A stretch of DNA of 64,000 nt from Candidatus Latescibacterota bacterium (GTDB taxonomy: Bacteria > Latescibacterota > UBA2968 > UBA8231), in contig OZ241362.1 in the NCBI GenBank assembly GCA_965200315.1, positions 1,248,001 through 1,312,000 of the forward strand, in the 5' to 3' direction. This document shows, piece after piece, positions 17,809-28,134 of this stretch; positions within the stretch are counted from its first letter, which is position 1, and each line of letters starts with the position of its first letter. The position numbers were made by a program, and so were the translations under genes. The notes below the pieces were generated by a model. That model had not been told where the DNA came from. It searched no databases and saw nothing but the letters and a program-made list of their open reading frames with translations.

Positions 17809-18052
17809 AGAGCTATCTCCTATTTCAGATTCCAGCAATTTTTTCTAGCGCACACCGCCTCAATGTGTTTAGACCACTGCTGGTATTGATAAGGCTTCTG
17901 GCATTGGCCCATGAATATGAGAAATTCATCTGCTAATTGCCGACGATTGACCCACGTTTCCTTCCCATCCTTATTATAAACAGAAAAAATTACAGGATCG
18001 CACAAGCGCTGGAGCAAAGCCTGTCCGAGTAATCCAGTCGACAATTAGCTCT

Positions 18053-19012
18053 CTAACCTCCGCCGCGCCCGCCATACAAATCCCGCACCCGGCTCACCAC
18101 CACGGCCAACAAGATAATTGACCCCAAAAACGCCTGCTCGTAATAGACGTTGGCTTCCAGCATCACCAAGCCGTTTTTGATGAGGACGATGATGACCGCT
18201 CCCAGCAGCAGGCCCAGTGCCGAGATGCGCCCACCAGCCAGCCCCGTCCCGCCGACAATGGCCACTGCAAAGCTGGTGATCAGCCAGTCCTTACCCGTCG
18301 CCGGTTGCGCCGAGCCCATCCGCGAGACCCACAACACCGCGGCCAGCGCCCCCACGCCGCCCGACAGCACGTGTGACAGCAAAATCATCCGGTCGGTATG
18401 GCTCCCCGCCAGCCGAGCCGCCTCTTGATTCCCCCCGGTCGCCAACAGCCGCCGCCCGAAAACCGTGTGCCGGAATACGTAGTGCGTCGCCAGCAGCACC
18501 AGCCCCATCGTCCAGAACAAATTCGACAGCCCCAAAAACTTCTGCCGCCCCAAAAAGGTGAATGCCCGAGGAATGTCTGTATAGGCGTAGCCTTCGGAAA
18601 ACCCATGCACTAGCCCTGTAAAGACAAAAAGCGTGGCCAGCGTAGCGATAAAGGAATTGATCTGCAACCGCGTGATGATGACTCCGTTGACCCACCCGGC
18701 CGCGCCGCCAATCCCGAGTGCCACCAGCGCCGCTAACCACCCCGGCAAACCCAACACCTGAATGCAATATCCAGTGGCGATGGTCGCCAAGCCGCCGATG
18801 GCTCCCACGGACAGATTCATCCCCCCGGCAACCAGCACCACCGCCTGAGCCAGCGCCACCAACACCGAGAACGCAACAATCCGCGAGATATTGAAGAGGT
18901 TGTACGCCGACAGGAAGCTCTCCGAGCTGAGCGCACATCCCACAAACAGCAACCCCGCCGACAAGGCGATCCCGGCGTCGTTGTGCCGCATGAGTCTGCG
19001 TAAGCGTTCCAT
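18053..19012 (-). CDS. Sugar ABC transporter permease (RbsC family)
   Basis: GGMNLSVG, SFIATL, FGRRLLATGGN.EAARLAG (EAA loop), VGGTGLAGG. Confidence 0.93.
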   Translation of the reverse strand: MERLRRLMRHNDAGIALSAGLLFVGCALSSESFLSAYNLFNISRIVAFSVLVALAQAVVLVAGGMNLSVGAIGGLATIATGYCIQVLGLPGWLAALVALGIGGAAGWVNGVIITRLQINSFIATLATLFVFTGLVHGFSEGYAYTDIPRAFTFLGRQKFLGLSNLFWTMGLVLLATHYVFRHTVFGRRLLATGGNQEAARLAGSHTDRMILLSHVLSGGVGALAAVLWVSRMGSAQPATGKDWLITSFAVAIVGGTGLAGGRISALGLLLGAVIIVLIKNGLVMLEANVYYEQAFLGSIILLAVVVSRVRDLYGGRGGG

Positions 19013-19014
19013 AG

Positions 19015-20511
19015 TCAATTCAGATGGCGGCCGATTTCGCGGCTCGTCGCGTCGTAGTCGCCCGTGCTGGCGATCTCGCCGACGATCTGCTTGTCCTTAA
19101 AGACGAGGATCCGCCCGGCCAAGCCGATGATCTCCGGCATGTCCGACGAGATCAAAATGATCGCCTTGCCCTCTTTGGCAGCCAAGTCCCACAGCAAGCG
19201 GTGGATCTGCGCCTTGGCTTGGATATCCACCCCAACGGTCGGCTCATCGACAATCAGGATGTCGCACCCGGCCGCCAGCCACTTGCCCAAGCTGACTTTC
19301 TGCTGATTGCCGCCGCTGAGGTGGTTTACCTCCTGCTCCAAGCCCGGCGTGCGAATATCCAGCGCCGCGACCATGGCCTGCGCGGCTTGGGTCTCCGCCC
19401 GGTCGTCGATCCGGCGGGTGAACTTGCCGACGATCCGTTCCCATATAGTAACGCCGAGATTGGTGCGCACGGCTGAGTCCAGCAGCAGGCCCTCTTCTTT
19501 GCGGTTTTCGGTTACGTAGCCCATGCGGTATTTGTACAGGCTGTCGGCCACCGAGCCGATTCGCGCTTTGGCCCCGTGGATATAGACGGCCCCGCGCTCG
19601 GCCTGCTCGGCTCCCACCACCAGCCGCGCCAGTTCGGTGCGCCCGGCTCCCACCAAGCCGTACCATCCCAGAATTTCGCCAGCGTAGAGCGAAAAGCTCG
19701 CTCCGTGCGCCCGGCCCGGCGCGTACATTCCCTCGGCCCGGAGCACCTCCCGCATCCGGTCCACCGCTGGAATACCAAACGAAGCCGTCTCCGGCCGCCG
19801 GCCAATCATCATCTCGATCAGCTCGGCGCGTGGCAGCCCGGCCAACGCCCTCGTGCCCACGTGTCGCCCGTCGCGCAGCACACTGACCTGATCGGCGATC
19901 TGATAAACCTCGTCGAACTTGTGCGAGACAAAGACAATGGCCACGCCCGCCTCCTGTAACTGGCGCAAAATGCCAAACAGGCGGGCTGCTTCGTGCTCGG
20001 TAAGCGACGACGTCGGCTCGTCTAATAGCAACACCCGCGCTTCGGCCGACAGCACCCGGGCGATCTGCACGAGTTGCTTGTGCGCCGCGCTTAAATCGCC
20101 AATGGGCACTTGCGGGTCCATGTCCAGCCCAACCCGCGCCATGGCCCCCCGCGCATAGTCGTCGAGCCGCGGCCATTCGAGGCGGCCCCACCGGCTGAAG
20201 GCTTCTAACTTGTCGAGCGCGATGTTCTCAGCGACGCTGGCCTCGGCCACTACCTGAATCTCTTGGTGGACGAGGCCAATGCCTCGGTCGAGACAGTCGC
20301 GGCAGTTGCGCACGCGCAGCGGCGTACCGTCAAAGAGCATCCGCCCAGCGTCGGGCTGGTATATCCCAGTGACAATTTTGAGTAGGGTGCTCTTGCCCGC
20401 GCCGTTTTCCCCAACTAGGGCGTGGATCTGGCCCGGCTGGAATGCAAGCGACACATCGTCGAGTGCCCGGACGCCGGGGAAACGCTTGCTGATGGATTGC
20501 AGTTCGAGCAC
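19015..20511 (-). CDS. Sugar ABC transporter ATP-binding protein (RbsA/MglA family, two NBDs)
   Basis: GENGAGKSTL Walker A, LLLDEPT, LSGGNQQKV, IVDEPTVGVD. Confidence 0.95.
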   Translation of the reverse strand: MLELQSISKRFPGVRALDDVSLAFQPGQIHALVGENGAGKSTLLKIVTGIYQPDAGRMLFDGTPLRVRNCRDCLDRGIGLVHQEIQVVAEASVAENIALDKLEAFSRWGRLEWPRLDDYARGAMARVGLDMDPQVPIGDLSAAHKQLVQIARVLSAEARVLLLDEPTSSLTEHEAARLFGILRQLQEAGVAIVFVSHKFDEVYQIADQVSVLRDGRHVGTRALAGLPRAELIEMMIGRRPETASFGIPAVDRMREVLRAEGMYAPGRAHGASFSLYAGEILGWYGLVGAGRTELARLVVGAEQAERGAVYIHGAKARIGSVADSLYKYRMGYVTENRKEEGLLLDSAVRTNLGVTIWERIVGKFTRRIDDRAETQAAQAMVAALDIRTPGLEQEVNHLSGGNQQKVSLGKWLAAGCDILIVDEPTVGVDIQAKAQIHRLLWDLAAKEGKAIILISSDMPEIIGLAGRILVFKDKQIVGEIASTGDYDATSREIGRHLN

Positions 20512-20514
20512 AAA

Positions 20515-21543
20515 TCAGCGGGGCGGGCTGAGGTACTTGGTCTCCAATTCGCCCATAATCCGCACGGTTATGGCCCTGACCTCGTCCTCAAAGGTATCGA
20601 CGTTGTCCTTGGTCACCAGCACCGTGCCCGAGTTGATGAAGTAGCGGTCGGGATTGGCTTGCCAGCCGTCGAGCAGATAGCTCAGCAGCGCGCACGTGAT
20701 GTAGCCGTGGCCGTAGGGATTCTGCGAGATGGTCGCGTCAATGGCCCCTTGGCGGATCGCGTCGAGCACCACCGAGTCCGTGTCGATGCCGACAAAGTGG
20801 ATGCGCTTGTTGTCCGGGGTTTGGCTTCGACCTGAGCTCAGCTGAAGGTTCCACTCCGACAGGATGGTCGCCGCAGCCACGGTCGGCGTGTACCCAGTGC
20901 AAATTACGCCGTCTATCTCCTCAATCCGCGCCGAGAGCGCGTCTTGGATTTTGGCGGTGCTAGTCTCAATCGATTCCATGCCGGCGATTTCTTGGACGAT
21001 CTGGACCGCTGGATATTTGGCCACCGCCGCTTCGACGCCTTCTTTGCGCAGGATGGTATTGGGGTCTTCGACCAGTTCGAGCACGTTGAGGATGTTGCCC
21101 TTGCCGCCCATAAAGCCAATCAGTGCCTCGGTGGCCTCCATGGCCGCTTGTTTGACATCGGTAGCCACGCAAAACGAAGCGGGCGTTGGCCGCGTCGTCG
21201 GTGCTCCATAACTGACGACATAGGCCCCGTTTTGCACCAACTCTTCGTACAGTCCGTTGGCGGCACTGGCGTCGGCTGGGTAAATCGAAAATCCCTTGTA
21301 ACCCTGAGCGGCCAGCGGCTCGACGTTGGCGTTTTCGTTGTCTTGGGTCCAGTTTTGGCCGATCTGACGCTTGATCTTGATCCCGGTGTCGCGCTCATAG
21401 CCGATTACCCCTTTTTGCACCTCTTCGACGTAGGGGTGGACCATCAGGGCGTACCAGACGATTCTTTTATCCGTAGGCTCGTCGCCTTGGCCGCCGCACC
21501 CAGCGACGACAAGCGCAGCGGCCCAAATCAGTAGCAGGCGCAT
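20515..21543 (-). CDS. Sugar ABC transporter substrate-binding lipoprotein (periplasmic binding protein type 1)
   Basis: VAGC lipobox; HPY...V.KG, R.EG, VGID, TISQNPYGHGY. Confidence 0.9.
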   Translation of the reverse strand: MRLLLIWAAALVVAGCGGQGDEPTDKRIVWYALMVHPYVEEVQKGVIGYERDTGIKIKRQIGQNWTQDNENANVEPLAAQGYKGFSIYPADASAANGLYEELVQNGAYVVSYGAPTTRPTPASFCVATDVKQAAMEATEALIGFMGGKGNILNVLELVEDPNTILRKEGVEAAVAKYPAVQIVQEIAGMESIETSTAKIQDALSARIEEIDGVICTGYTPTVAAATILSEWNLQLSSGRSQTPDNKRIHFVGIDTDSVVLDAIRQGAIDATISQNPYGHGYITCALLSYLLDGWQANPDRYFINSGTVLVTKDNVDTFEDEVRAITVRIMGELETKYLSPPR

Positions 21544-21565
21544 GCAGACCCTCCACTGCCTGTGC

Positions 21566-24142
21566 TCAGTACGCCACAGAGACCGTCTTGAGCACCTGCG
21601 AGTCTCTGACCTGCGCTCCCTCGATATCCGTATCCACGCTCAACTGCACCAAATACAGACCCGGTGGCACCATGCGCCCGCCGTCGTCCCGGCCATCCCA
21701 CTCGATTTCATAGGTCCCGGTGCTAAATGGGCGCTCTTGCGCGAGACGCCGTATTTGGCGTCCTCCCAAATCGTATATCTCAGCGGCTACCGGACTATCG
21801 TCGCCGACTCGCACGACGTTGAAGGTAAAGACCGTGCGGTCGTTGATCCCGTCGCCGTTGGGCGAAAAGGCACCCGGCAGCACCTCCACATCCGTGAGCA
21901 GAGCGTTGTGCTCCACAGTAGCGATAATCGTCGTGGTGTTGCCGACAACCTGCGTTAGGGCCTCCCCCGGGTCGATCCGCTGCCAGGCACCGCCGCCGTC
22001 TGCGCTGCTATTGCGCAGGGCTGCCTGCAACACCGCGCCAGTGACAAAAAGGGCCGTCTCAAAATCCAGCCGCAGCACTTCCGTCGATCCATTGGGCTGT
22101 ATCGCATCAAAGCGCACGTGCAGCGAGTCTCGACCCGTAGGGATGACCTCAATCCCGGTCAGTGAGCTTGGGCTCGCCTCGCCATCGAAATCGACCACCC
22201 GACCGCCGTAAAGACCCACCATATCCAACTCCATATTCGACGGTGCCAACAACAATAGCTCGTCAAAACCTGGATCACGGCGGTCAAACTCCGGCCGCAC
22301 ATAAAACGAAAACGGCCGTTGCATCCCTAGTTCATTCACCTCGAACGGGCCAATCTCTCCGAGCAGACGCTGGGCCACGGGATTGGCGAAGTTGAGATGG
22401 ACCGAGCGCAGCGTTGGGCTTATCTCCGGGTCTTCCGACAGCAAGGTCGCCTGCAGGGTCAGGAACTCCCTCGGCGACGGCGAGGTAATCGGACTGCCTG
22501 CCAGATTCTCGTAGGGCGCACTCCAACTGCTCCAATCGCTGCCGGGCACCTGCTCGGCGACGATATCGCCCTTGAACAGCGACAGCAGCTTGTTGTACTC
22601 GCTTTCGGTCACTTCCGTGCCATCTTTTTTGAAATAGTGCAGGATTTCGCCCAATTCATTGCCCGTGCGCGTCTGAATTAGCACTTGGGTGCCGGGGGGC
22701 GTGTCGGCATCCCATTCAATCGACAGCAGGTTGCGGCTACCGCCCAAGCGAATCAGGTCTGACCGCAGCGAGACTTGCGGCTGGAAGCCTTCGCCGTAAA
22801 GCTGCAACTCGGATATATCGGCCGTGCGGGCCCCAATGGCATTCAAGGTCCACTGAAAGCGGCCAAACCGCGCCTTGATCGGCTCGAACGCCTCGCCTTC
22901 AAACCGCGACCAAGGCCGCGACCCCAGCGACGCCTTGGTGGTCCACTGAAGGCTGCCGTCGGGTGCGAGGGTCCCATCGGAAAAATCCATCCGATAGCTG
23001 GGGAACAAGCCGCCGTTGTAAATCAGGCGGAAGGTATCGACCCAATAAAAGGAGCCCAAGTCGAAGACTAGCTCCAACTCGGGATCAGCCACCGCAGTGG
23101 AAACCCCGTAAAAGATGCGGTTGAAGGTCGCCAAGTCGCCATCGACGAACTTGGTCAAGGCCAGCGGCTGCTTCGCATTGGTAGAGATGACTCCGCCGCG
23201 GGCGAGGATGCCGGCGGTTAGCTCGTCCCCTTCGTTCCATACTTCCAGTTCGGCCAAGCGGGGCAATTCCCGGCGATAGTAGCGAATGCTGCCCCGGCGC
23301 TCCTCGGCCAGTATGTCGTACAGGTCTTGGTCGACGGGGACTTCGCGGCCATCGGGCTGGCGCTTGAAGTGCTGGAGCGCACCGCGCGTCTCTGCATTGA
23401 GGGTTTCGTATTCATCGGCCGAGACTTCCGTGCCGAGCAGCCCGTCGGTATCCGTGACTAAAATCTGCACAAAGCGCACGGCCGCGGCCTGCACGGCGGG
23501 CTGTTCATTCGTTAGATCGACCGTAAAGACCCGCTGGCTCTTGTTTTTGCTCAAGGTCCGCAACACAGTCTTAAAGGCCGGGTTTTCGCTGTTTTGCAAG
23601 CGCGCCGGCTTCAGCCCGTCGGAGATGAGCACCTCGAAGAGGAGAAAGGGATCGCCCATGCCCTCCTCGACAAAGCGCACCACGAGTTCCTTGGCAAAAA
23701 CCACGCGGCCCAAGTCAATAACAAACCACCACTGCGAAGCTAAGTCCCTGTCGGCCGAAGGCGAATCGGGCTGCCAATAGGTGGTGATGTCGCCATCGAG
23801 CAGGTTGATCACATCGGCGACATTGGAGCCACCCTTGACGGCATCGGCGAGGACGATCTCGTCGGTTTCTTTGCCGCCGAGGGAGGCCGGCGGATTAAAG
23901 CGCAAATAATCGACAATGTCGAACACGGCATTGGTATTTTTCTCAATGCGCCGGGCGCACACTTCTTCGTCCGGAGAAATCGTCAAGGTCCCTGGGGCAA
24001 ATTCCCAGTTCTGCCAGTGGTCGCGGCCATTGATCACGACCTGATTGCCGCTGACCCGGTGGCCGGCCTGTTGGGCGTACACGGCGGCCCCGGCCAGTGC
24101 GATAGCTAGCCCAATGAAAAGGGCGCGTCCGAAAATAGTCAT
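21566..24142 (-). CDS. Exported protein with discoidin-like domains and C-terminal FSPNGDG/FlgD-Ig domain (paralog 1)
   Basis: Signal peptide; IDLGR/FDLGS discoidin strands, ISELQLYGEGF; FSPNGDGIND...IYDLGGR...WDGRD.GG..VPPGLY; ends VSVAY. Confidence 0.8.
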   Translation of the reverse strand: MTIFGRALFIGLAIALAGAAVYAQQAGHRVSGNQVVINGRDHWQNWEFAPGTLTISPDEEVCARRIEKNTNAVFDIVDYLRFNPPASLGGKETDEIVLADAVKGGSNVADVINLLDGDITTYWQPDSPSADRDLASQWWFVIDLGRVVFAKELVVRFVEEGMGDPFLLFEVLISDGLKPARLQNSENPAFKTVLRTLSKNKSQRVFTVDLTNEQPAVQAAAVRFVQILVTDTDGLLGTEVSADEYETLNAETRGALQHFKRQPDGREVPVDQDLYDILAEERRGSIRYYRRELPRLAELEVWNEGDELTAGILARGGVISTNAKQPLALTKFVDGDLATFNRIFYGVSTAVADPELELVFDLGSFYWVDTFRLIYNGGLFPSYRMDFSDGTLAPDGSLQWTTKASLGSRPWSRFEGEAFEPIKARFGRFQWTLNAIGARTADISELQLYGEGFQPQVSLRSDLIRLGGSRNLLSIEWDADTPPGTQVLIQTRTGNELGEILHYFKKDGTEVTESEYNKLLSLFKGDIVAEQVPGSDWSSWSAPYENLAGSPITSPSPREFLTLQATLLSEDPEISPTLRSVHLNFANPVAQRLLGEIGPFEVNELGMQRPFSFYVRPEFDRRDPGFDELLLLAPSNMELDMVGLYGGRVVDFDGEASPSSLTGIEVIPTGRDSLHVRFDAIQPNGSTEVLRLDFETALFVTGAVLQAALRNSSADGGGAWQRIDPGEALTQVVGNTTTIIATVEHNALLTDVEVLPGAFSPNGDGINDRTVFTFNVVRVGDDSPVAAEIYDLGGRQIRRLAQERPFSTGTYEIEWDGRDDGGRMVPPGLYLVQLSVDTDIEGAQVRDSQVLKTVSVAY

Positions 24143-24169
24143 ATCGTTTCCCGTTGTGTTCTAAGAGGC

Positions 24170-26083
24170 TTAGTAAACAAGCGAGATGACAGCTTGCCGA
24201 AAGGCTAGCCCCCTGTCGGTCTCGACGCTCACGCGCAGAATGTACAACCCCGGCGGCACCTGCTGACCGCGCTCATCCCGCCCGTCCCACGCCCCTACGT
24301 ACCGGCCGCTGGACGTCCAATCCGAACCCACCACGCCCAACAGGCGGCCCGACAAATCGTACACCGATGACTCTACCTGCACCGGCCCCACCAAATTCAG
24401 CACATTGCACTCGATCCGCACTGCGTCGTTGATGCCGTCGCCGTTGGGGCTAAACACCGACGGCATCAGCACCAAGTCACCGATAGTCTGCGCCCCCAAG
24501 CGGGTCAACCCCACGCTCAACCCATCGCTCTCGGAGCGTGCGTCCGCGTCCCCAGACTCTAGGCTTTGCGGGACCTCTTGAGGCTGCTCGCTGTTGGAGA
24601 TCCGCCCAGAAAATACCGTGCCGAACTTAAAGATCGCGGTCTGGAAATCCACCTCGATCAACTCCTCGGTGCGCTGCGCGTCAATCTCTGGTAGCTGCAC
24701 CGCAAAACCGGTCTCGTCCAGCCGCACCACCTCAAATGCCACCGGCTTACCCGAAATCCGCACCTCATCTATACTCTGTGCTTGAACCGGCGTGTCAATG
24801 TCCAGCCGATCAAAGCCCAAATCGTCGCTGGCCAAGGCCGCCCGCAACTTGTAGGTGAAGGCCGTAACCTCACCCGGAAGCACGGCCGCAGGTGATATCT
24901 CGGCGACGGCTTGTTGCGCCACCGGCGGGATCGACACGGCAAACTGCACCCAATCCAACTGCCCACTGGTCTCTCGGCTCGACGAGAAGTCCGCCCGCAA
25001 CTGCACGTAGCGCTGGGGGCCATCTCCGACCATCACCCCCTGCCTAGCTGTGAAGTCGTAACCTCCCCAGAACGCCCAATTTTCCGTGTCGTGGGTAGTG
25101 CCAGCCCTCTCGCCGAGCGCTAGCTTATTGTACGACGCCAGCGTCAAGGGACGTCCCTTGGCGTCGAAGCGGGTGCGCTCGCCGCCGCGAAAGGTGGTCC
25201 GCCAATAGATATTCGGATCCGCGTCCAGCCCGCTGCGCATACTCAGAGCCACGCTGACTCCCTCGTCCTCGTGCCCGGCCCATGTTAGCTCCCCCAAGCT
25301 CGCCAAGGCCCCTAAGTCGATAACATTGGACACGTAGTCCGCAAAGGGCGCAAAGCCGCTGCCGTAGATTTCCAACTCGGCAATCTCCCAGATGCCGCGC
25401 GTGTTTTCCGCCGCCGAGAAGAGCACCCTTCGCACGGGCTCTGTCGGCAGGGGCAACTCGATGACGGCTTCGGTATTTTCGGTTATATCGTAGATAATGT
25501 CGAAGTCCAGCTCGTCTCCCCAGCGGCCAATGCGGAGCCCGCGTGAACCATCCTTGAGGGGGTCGCCATCGTTGATGCCGATCCTGAAGGTTTCTACAAA
25601 GCGGTCCGTCAGGTGTTTGGTGCGCGGGAAAAAGCGAATCCTCTCTAGCAGAAGGGGTGCGCCAAAATCAAAGGTCAGGTACTTGTGCGGTGGTCCGTGC
25701 GAGGCAAAGTGACCATCTCCAAGGTAAATGGTGTTCGGATCTTGGTCGAACATAAAAAGATCGTCCGCCTGAGGTGGCCCCCAGCCGATCCACACCAAGT
25801 TCAGAATCTGGCCACCTTGCTCTTCGATGATCGGCACGAGATTGACCGACGAATCGAACCGTTGGGGGCGCACGAAATCTGGATCGAACTCCAGCAACTC
25901 CTCGCTGCCGTGCTGCGCTGCGTCAATATCGCTCCAACTGATTTGCACGAATTCGTACGGAGTATCCAACTCCGGGGGCGGCAGACTCTCGCCGCCGATC
26001 CGATAGATCGTTAGCCCACTCGCCGGGCCGACCGCGCAGATCCACAGGATCGACCATACACACGCCGTTAAACGCCCAGCCAT
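24170..26083 (-). CDS. Exported protein with C-terminal FSPNGDG/FlgD-Ig domain (paralog 2)
   Basis: ATG at 26083 after AGGAG; mature LTIYRIGG; WEIAELEIYG.GF; FSPNGDGIND...WDGRD; ends ISLVY. Confidence 0.8.
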   Translation of the reverse strand: MAGRLTACVWSILWICAVGPASGLTIYRIGGESLPPPELDTPYEFVQISWSDIDAAQHGSEELLEFDPDFVRPQRFDSSVNLVPIIEEQGGQILNLVWIGWGPPQADDLFMFDQDPNTIYLGDGHFASHGPPHKYLTFDFGAPLLLERIRFFPRTKHLTDRFVETFRIGINDGDPLKDGSRGLRIGRWGDELDFDIIYDITENTEAVIELPLPTEPVRRVLFSAAENTRGIWEIAELEIYGSGFAPFADYVSNVIDLGALASLGELTWAGHEDEGVSVALSMRSGLDADPNIYWRTTFRGGERTRFDAKGRPLTLASYNKLALGERAGTTHDTENWAFWGGYDFTARQGVMVGDGPQRYVQLRADFSSSRETSGQLDWVQFAVSIPPVAQQAVAEISPAAVLPGEVTAFTYKLRAALASDDLGFDRLDIDTPVQAQSIDEVRISGKPVAFEVVRLDETGFAVQLPEIDAQRTEELIEVDFQTAIFKFGTVFSGRISNSEQPQEVPQSLESGDADARSESDGLSVGLTRLGAQTIGDLVLMPSVFSPNGDGINDAVRIECNVLNLVGPVQVESSVYDLSGRLLGVVGSDWTSSGRYVGAWDGRDERGQQVPPGLYILRVSVETDRGLAFRQAVISLVY

Positions 26084-26094
26084 AACTCGGCTCC

Positions 26095-28023
26095 TTAGTA
26101 TACTAGAGAGACGACGGCCTGCCGCTGCGTCGTCCCCTGATCCGTCTCCACGCGCAAACCCACTACATACAGACCCGGCGGCAACAATACCCCACGCGCA
26201 TCCCGACCATCCCACACCCCCACATACCGACCACTGCCCAACCAAGACTCATCCACCAAACCCAAACGACGACCCGACACGTCATACACCCAACACACAA
26301 CGGACGACAAACCCGACAAATTCAGCACGTCGCAGCCGATCTCTACCACATCGTTAATCCCATCCCCGTTGGGACTAAACACCCCAGGCTCCACCGCCAA
26401 CGCCCCCAAAGGGCCTGTGCCCAACCCGGTCAAGTCCACCCGCAACCGCTCACTCGAAGGCACCCCATCCGCATCCCCCCAAGCCAACGATTGCGGCACC
26501 TCGGCCGGATGCTGACTGTTGAAAATGCGCCCGGTAAACACCGTGCCAAACTGGAACACCGACGCGTGGAAGTCCACCTCTAACACCTCTTGGGTGCGCT
26601 GTGCATCCACTAAAAAAGGCACGGCCAACACCACGCCCGTGTCATCGCTGTGGACGACGTCGAAGGCTACCGGCTGCCCCGACAGGCGCACCCCATCCAC
26701 GCTCTGCACCCGCGCTGGCGTGTCGATGGCTAACCGATCAAAACCCAAGTCATCGCTGGCGACCGACGCCTTGACCTTATAGGTGAACGCAGCTACAGCC
26801 CCTGGCGACACCACCGACGGCAGGATCTCGGCGATGGCTTGTTGCGCCACCGGCGGGATCGATACGGCTAACTCCACCCAATCGAGCCGACCCTTGGCAT
26901 GCTGCCCCGAGGTGAAGTCGGCGCGCACCTGCACGAACTGACGCGGACCGGCTCCGGCGATGGTCCCTTCGCCAGCGGCAAAGTCTTGGGCACTACTCCA
27001 GAAGGTCCATCCGGCGGTGTCGTGGGTGAAGCCCGCCTGCGCACCAAGCGCCAGCTTGGTGTACGACGCCAAGTTCAGCGGGCGGCCCTTGGCGTCGAAG
27101 CGGGTGCGCTCGCCGCCGCGAAAGGTGTAGCGCCAGTAGGTGTTGGGATCGTCGTCGTGGCCGCTGCGCGTGCTCAACGCCAGCGTGGCCCCTGCGTCCT
27201 GTTGGCCAGCCCACCTCAGGCTACCGAGGCTGGCGGGAGCGCCCAAGTCAATCACATTCGACACATAGCTGGCAAATGGCGCAAAGCCATTGCCGTAAAT
27301 CTCTAACTCGGCGATCTCCCATATACCGGTAGTGTTCTCGGGTGCTTCAAATAGCAACTGTTGCACCGGCACGGTCGGCAAGGGCATATCAATGACGGAC
27401 TCGACGTTCTCAAAGACATCGTACGGAAGGTCGAAGTCAAAGAAGCTACCCCGGATGCCCTGCGTGAATTCCCGCGTACCTTTCTTGAGCGGATCGCCGT
27501 CGCTGATGCCGATGATGAAGCGTTGCACAAACCGGTCGGCCAAAAACCGCTCGCGGGGGAAGAAGCGAACGCGCTCGAGGAAAAAGCGGCCCCCCAAGTC
27601 GAAAATCAGCGACTTCTGGCGAATGACGCCGTAATCCCCACCCCAATCGCCATCGCCCAAAAACGCCGTCGTGGGGTCGCCATCGAACATGGCCAAGTCG
27701 TTGCCGCTAGCCGGCCCCCAGCCGATCCAATTCAGGGACAGCACCTGTCCGCCGCGCTCTTCGAGCATCGGCACCAAGTTGACCGTGGGATCCAAGTGCA
27801 ATGGCTCGACAAAGCCGGTATCTATTTGTACTAGTTCGGCCAAGCCGTGCCTTTTGGGGTCCACGTCGGCCCAAGGCAACTGCACGAACTCATAGGGAAC
27901 CTCCAAATCGGGCGGGGGCAAATCCTCCCCGCCGAGGCGGATCACGGTCAGGGCCGCAACAGAAGTTGGCCCACTCCAAAGACACCATCCCAATGCGAGG
28001 AGAATCCCAATGCGCTGTAGCAT
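26095..28023 (-). CDS. Exported protein with C-terminal FSPNGDG/FlgD-Ig domain (paralog 3)
   Basis: ATG at 28023; signal peptide; colinear with paralog 2 over its full length; ends VSLVY. Confidence 0.8.
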   Translation of the reverse strand: MLQRIGILLALGWCLWSGPTSVAALTVIRLGGEDLPPPDLEVPYEFVQLPWADVDPKRHGLAELVQIDTGFVEPLHLDPTVNLVPMLEERGGQVLSLNWIGWGPASGNDLAMFDGDPTTAFLGDGDWGGDYGVIRQKSLIFDLGGRFFLERVRFFPRERFLADRFVQRFIIGISDGDPLKKGTREFTQGIRGSFFDFDLPYDVFENVESVIDMPLPTVPVQQLLFEAPENTTGIWEIAELEIYGNGFAPFASYVSNVIDLGAPASLGSLRWAGQQDAGATLALSTRSGHDDDPNTYWRYTFRGGERTRFDAKGRPLNLASYTKLALGAQAGFTHDTAGWTFWSSAQDFAAGEGTIAGAGPRQFVQVRADFTSGQHAKGRLDWVELAVSIPPVAQQAIAEILPSVVSPGAVAAFTYKVKASVASDDLGFDRLAIDTPARVQSVDGVRLSGQPVAFDVVHSDDTGVVLAVPFLVDAQRTQEVLEVDFHASVFQFGTVFTGRIFNSQHPAEVPQSLAWGDADGVPSSERLRVDLTGLGTGPLGALAVEPGVFSPNGDGINDVVEIGCDVLNLSGLSSVVCWVYDVSGRRLGLVDESWLGSGRYVGVWDGRDARGVLLPPGLYVVGLRVETDQGTTQRQAVVSLVY

Positions 28024-28063
28024 ACCGGCCTTGTAACTTGACTGAGGGAACGAAAAATATGAC

Positions 28064-28101
28064 AAAAAAGGACGGGTAGATCAATGAAGACCTACCCGTC
28101 C
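28064..28101 (-). terminator. Rho-independent terminator
   Basis: GGACGGGTAG / CTACCCGTCC 10-bp stem followed by T6 on the minus strand, 33 nt downstream of the 28135 stop. Confidence 0.8.
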
Positions 28102-28134
28102 CACTACAGATGTTTACTGCTTTAGGCGGATGAA

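Noticed and set aside
17820-18044. 74-aa ORF at the island edge
   Set aside because: No RBS or recognisable motif; probably the 3' stub of a lost gene, so it is not called as a CDS.
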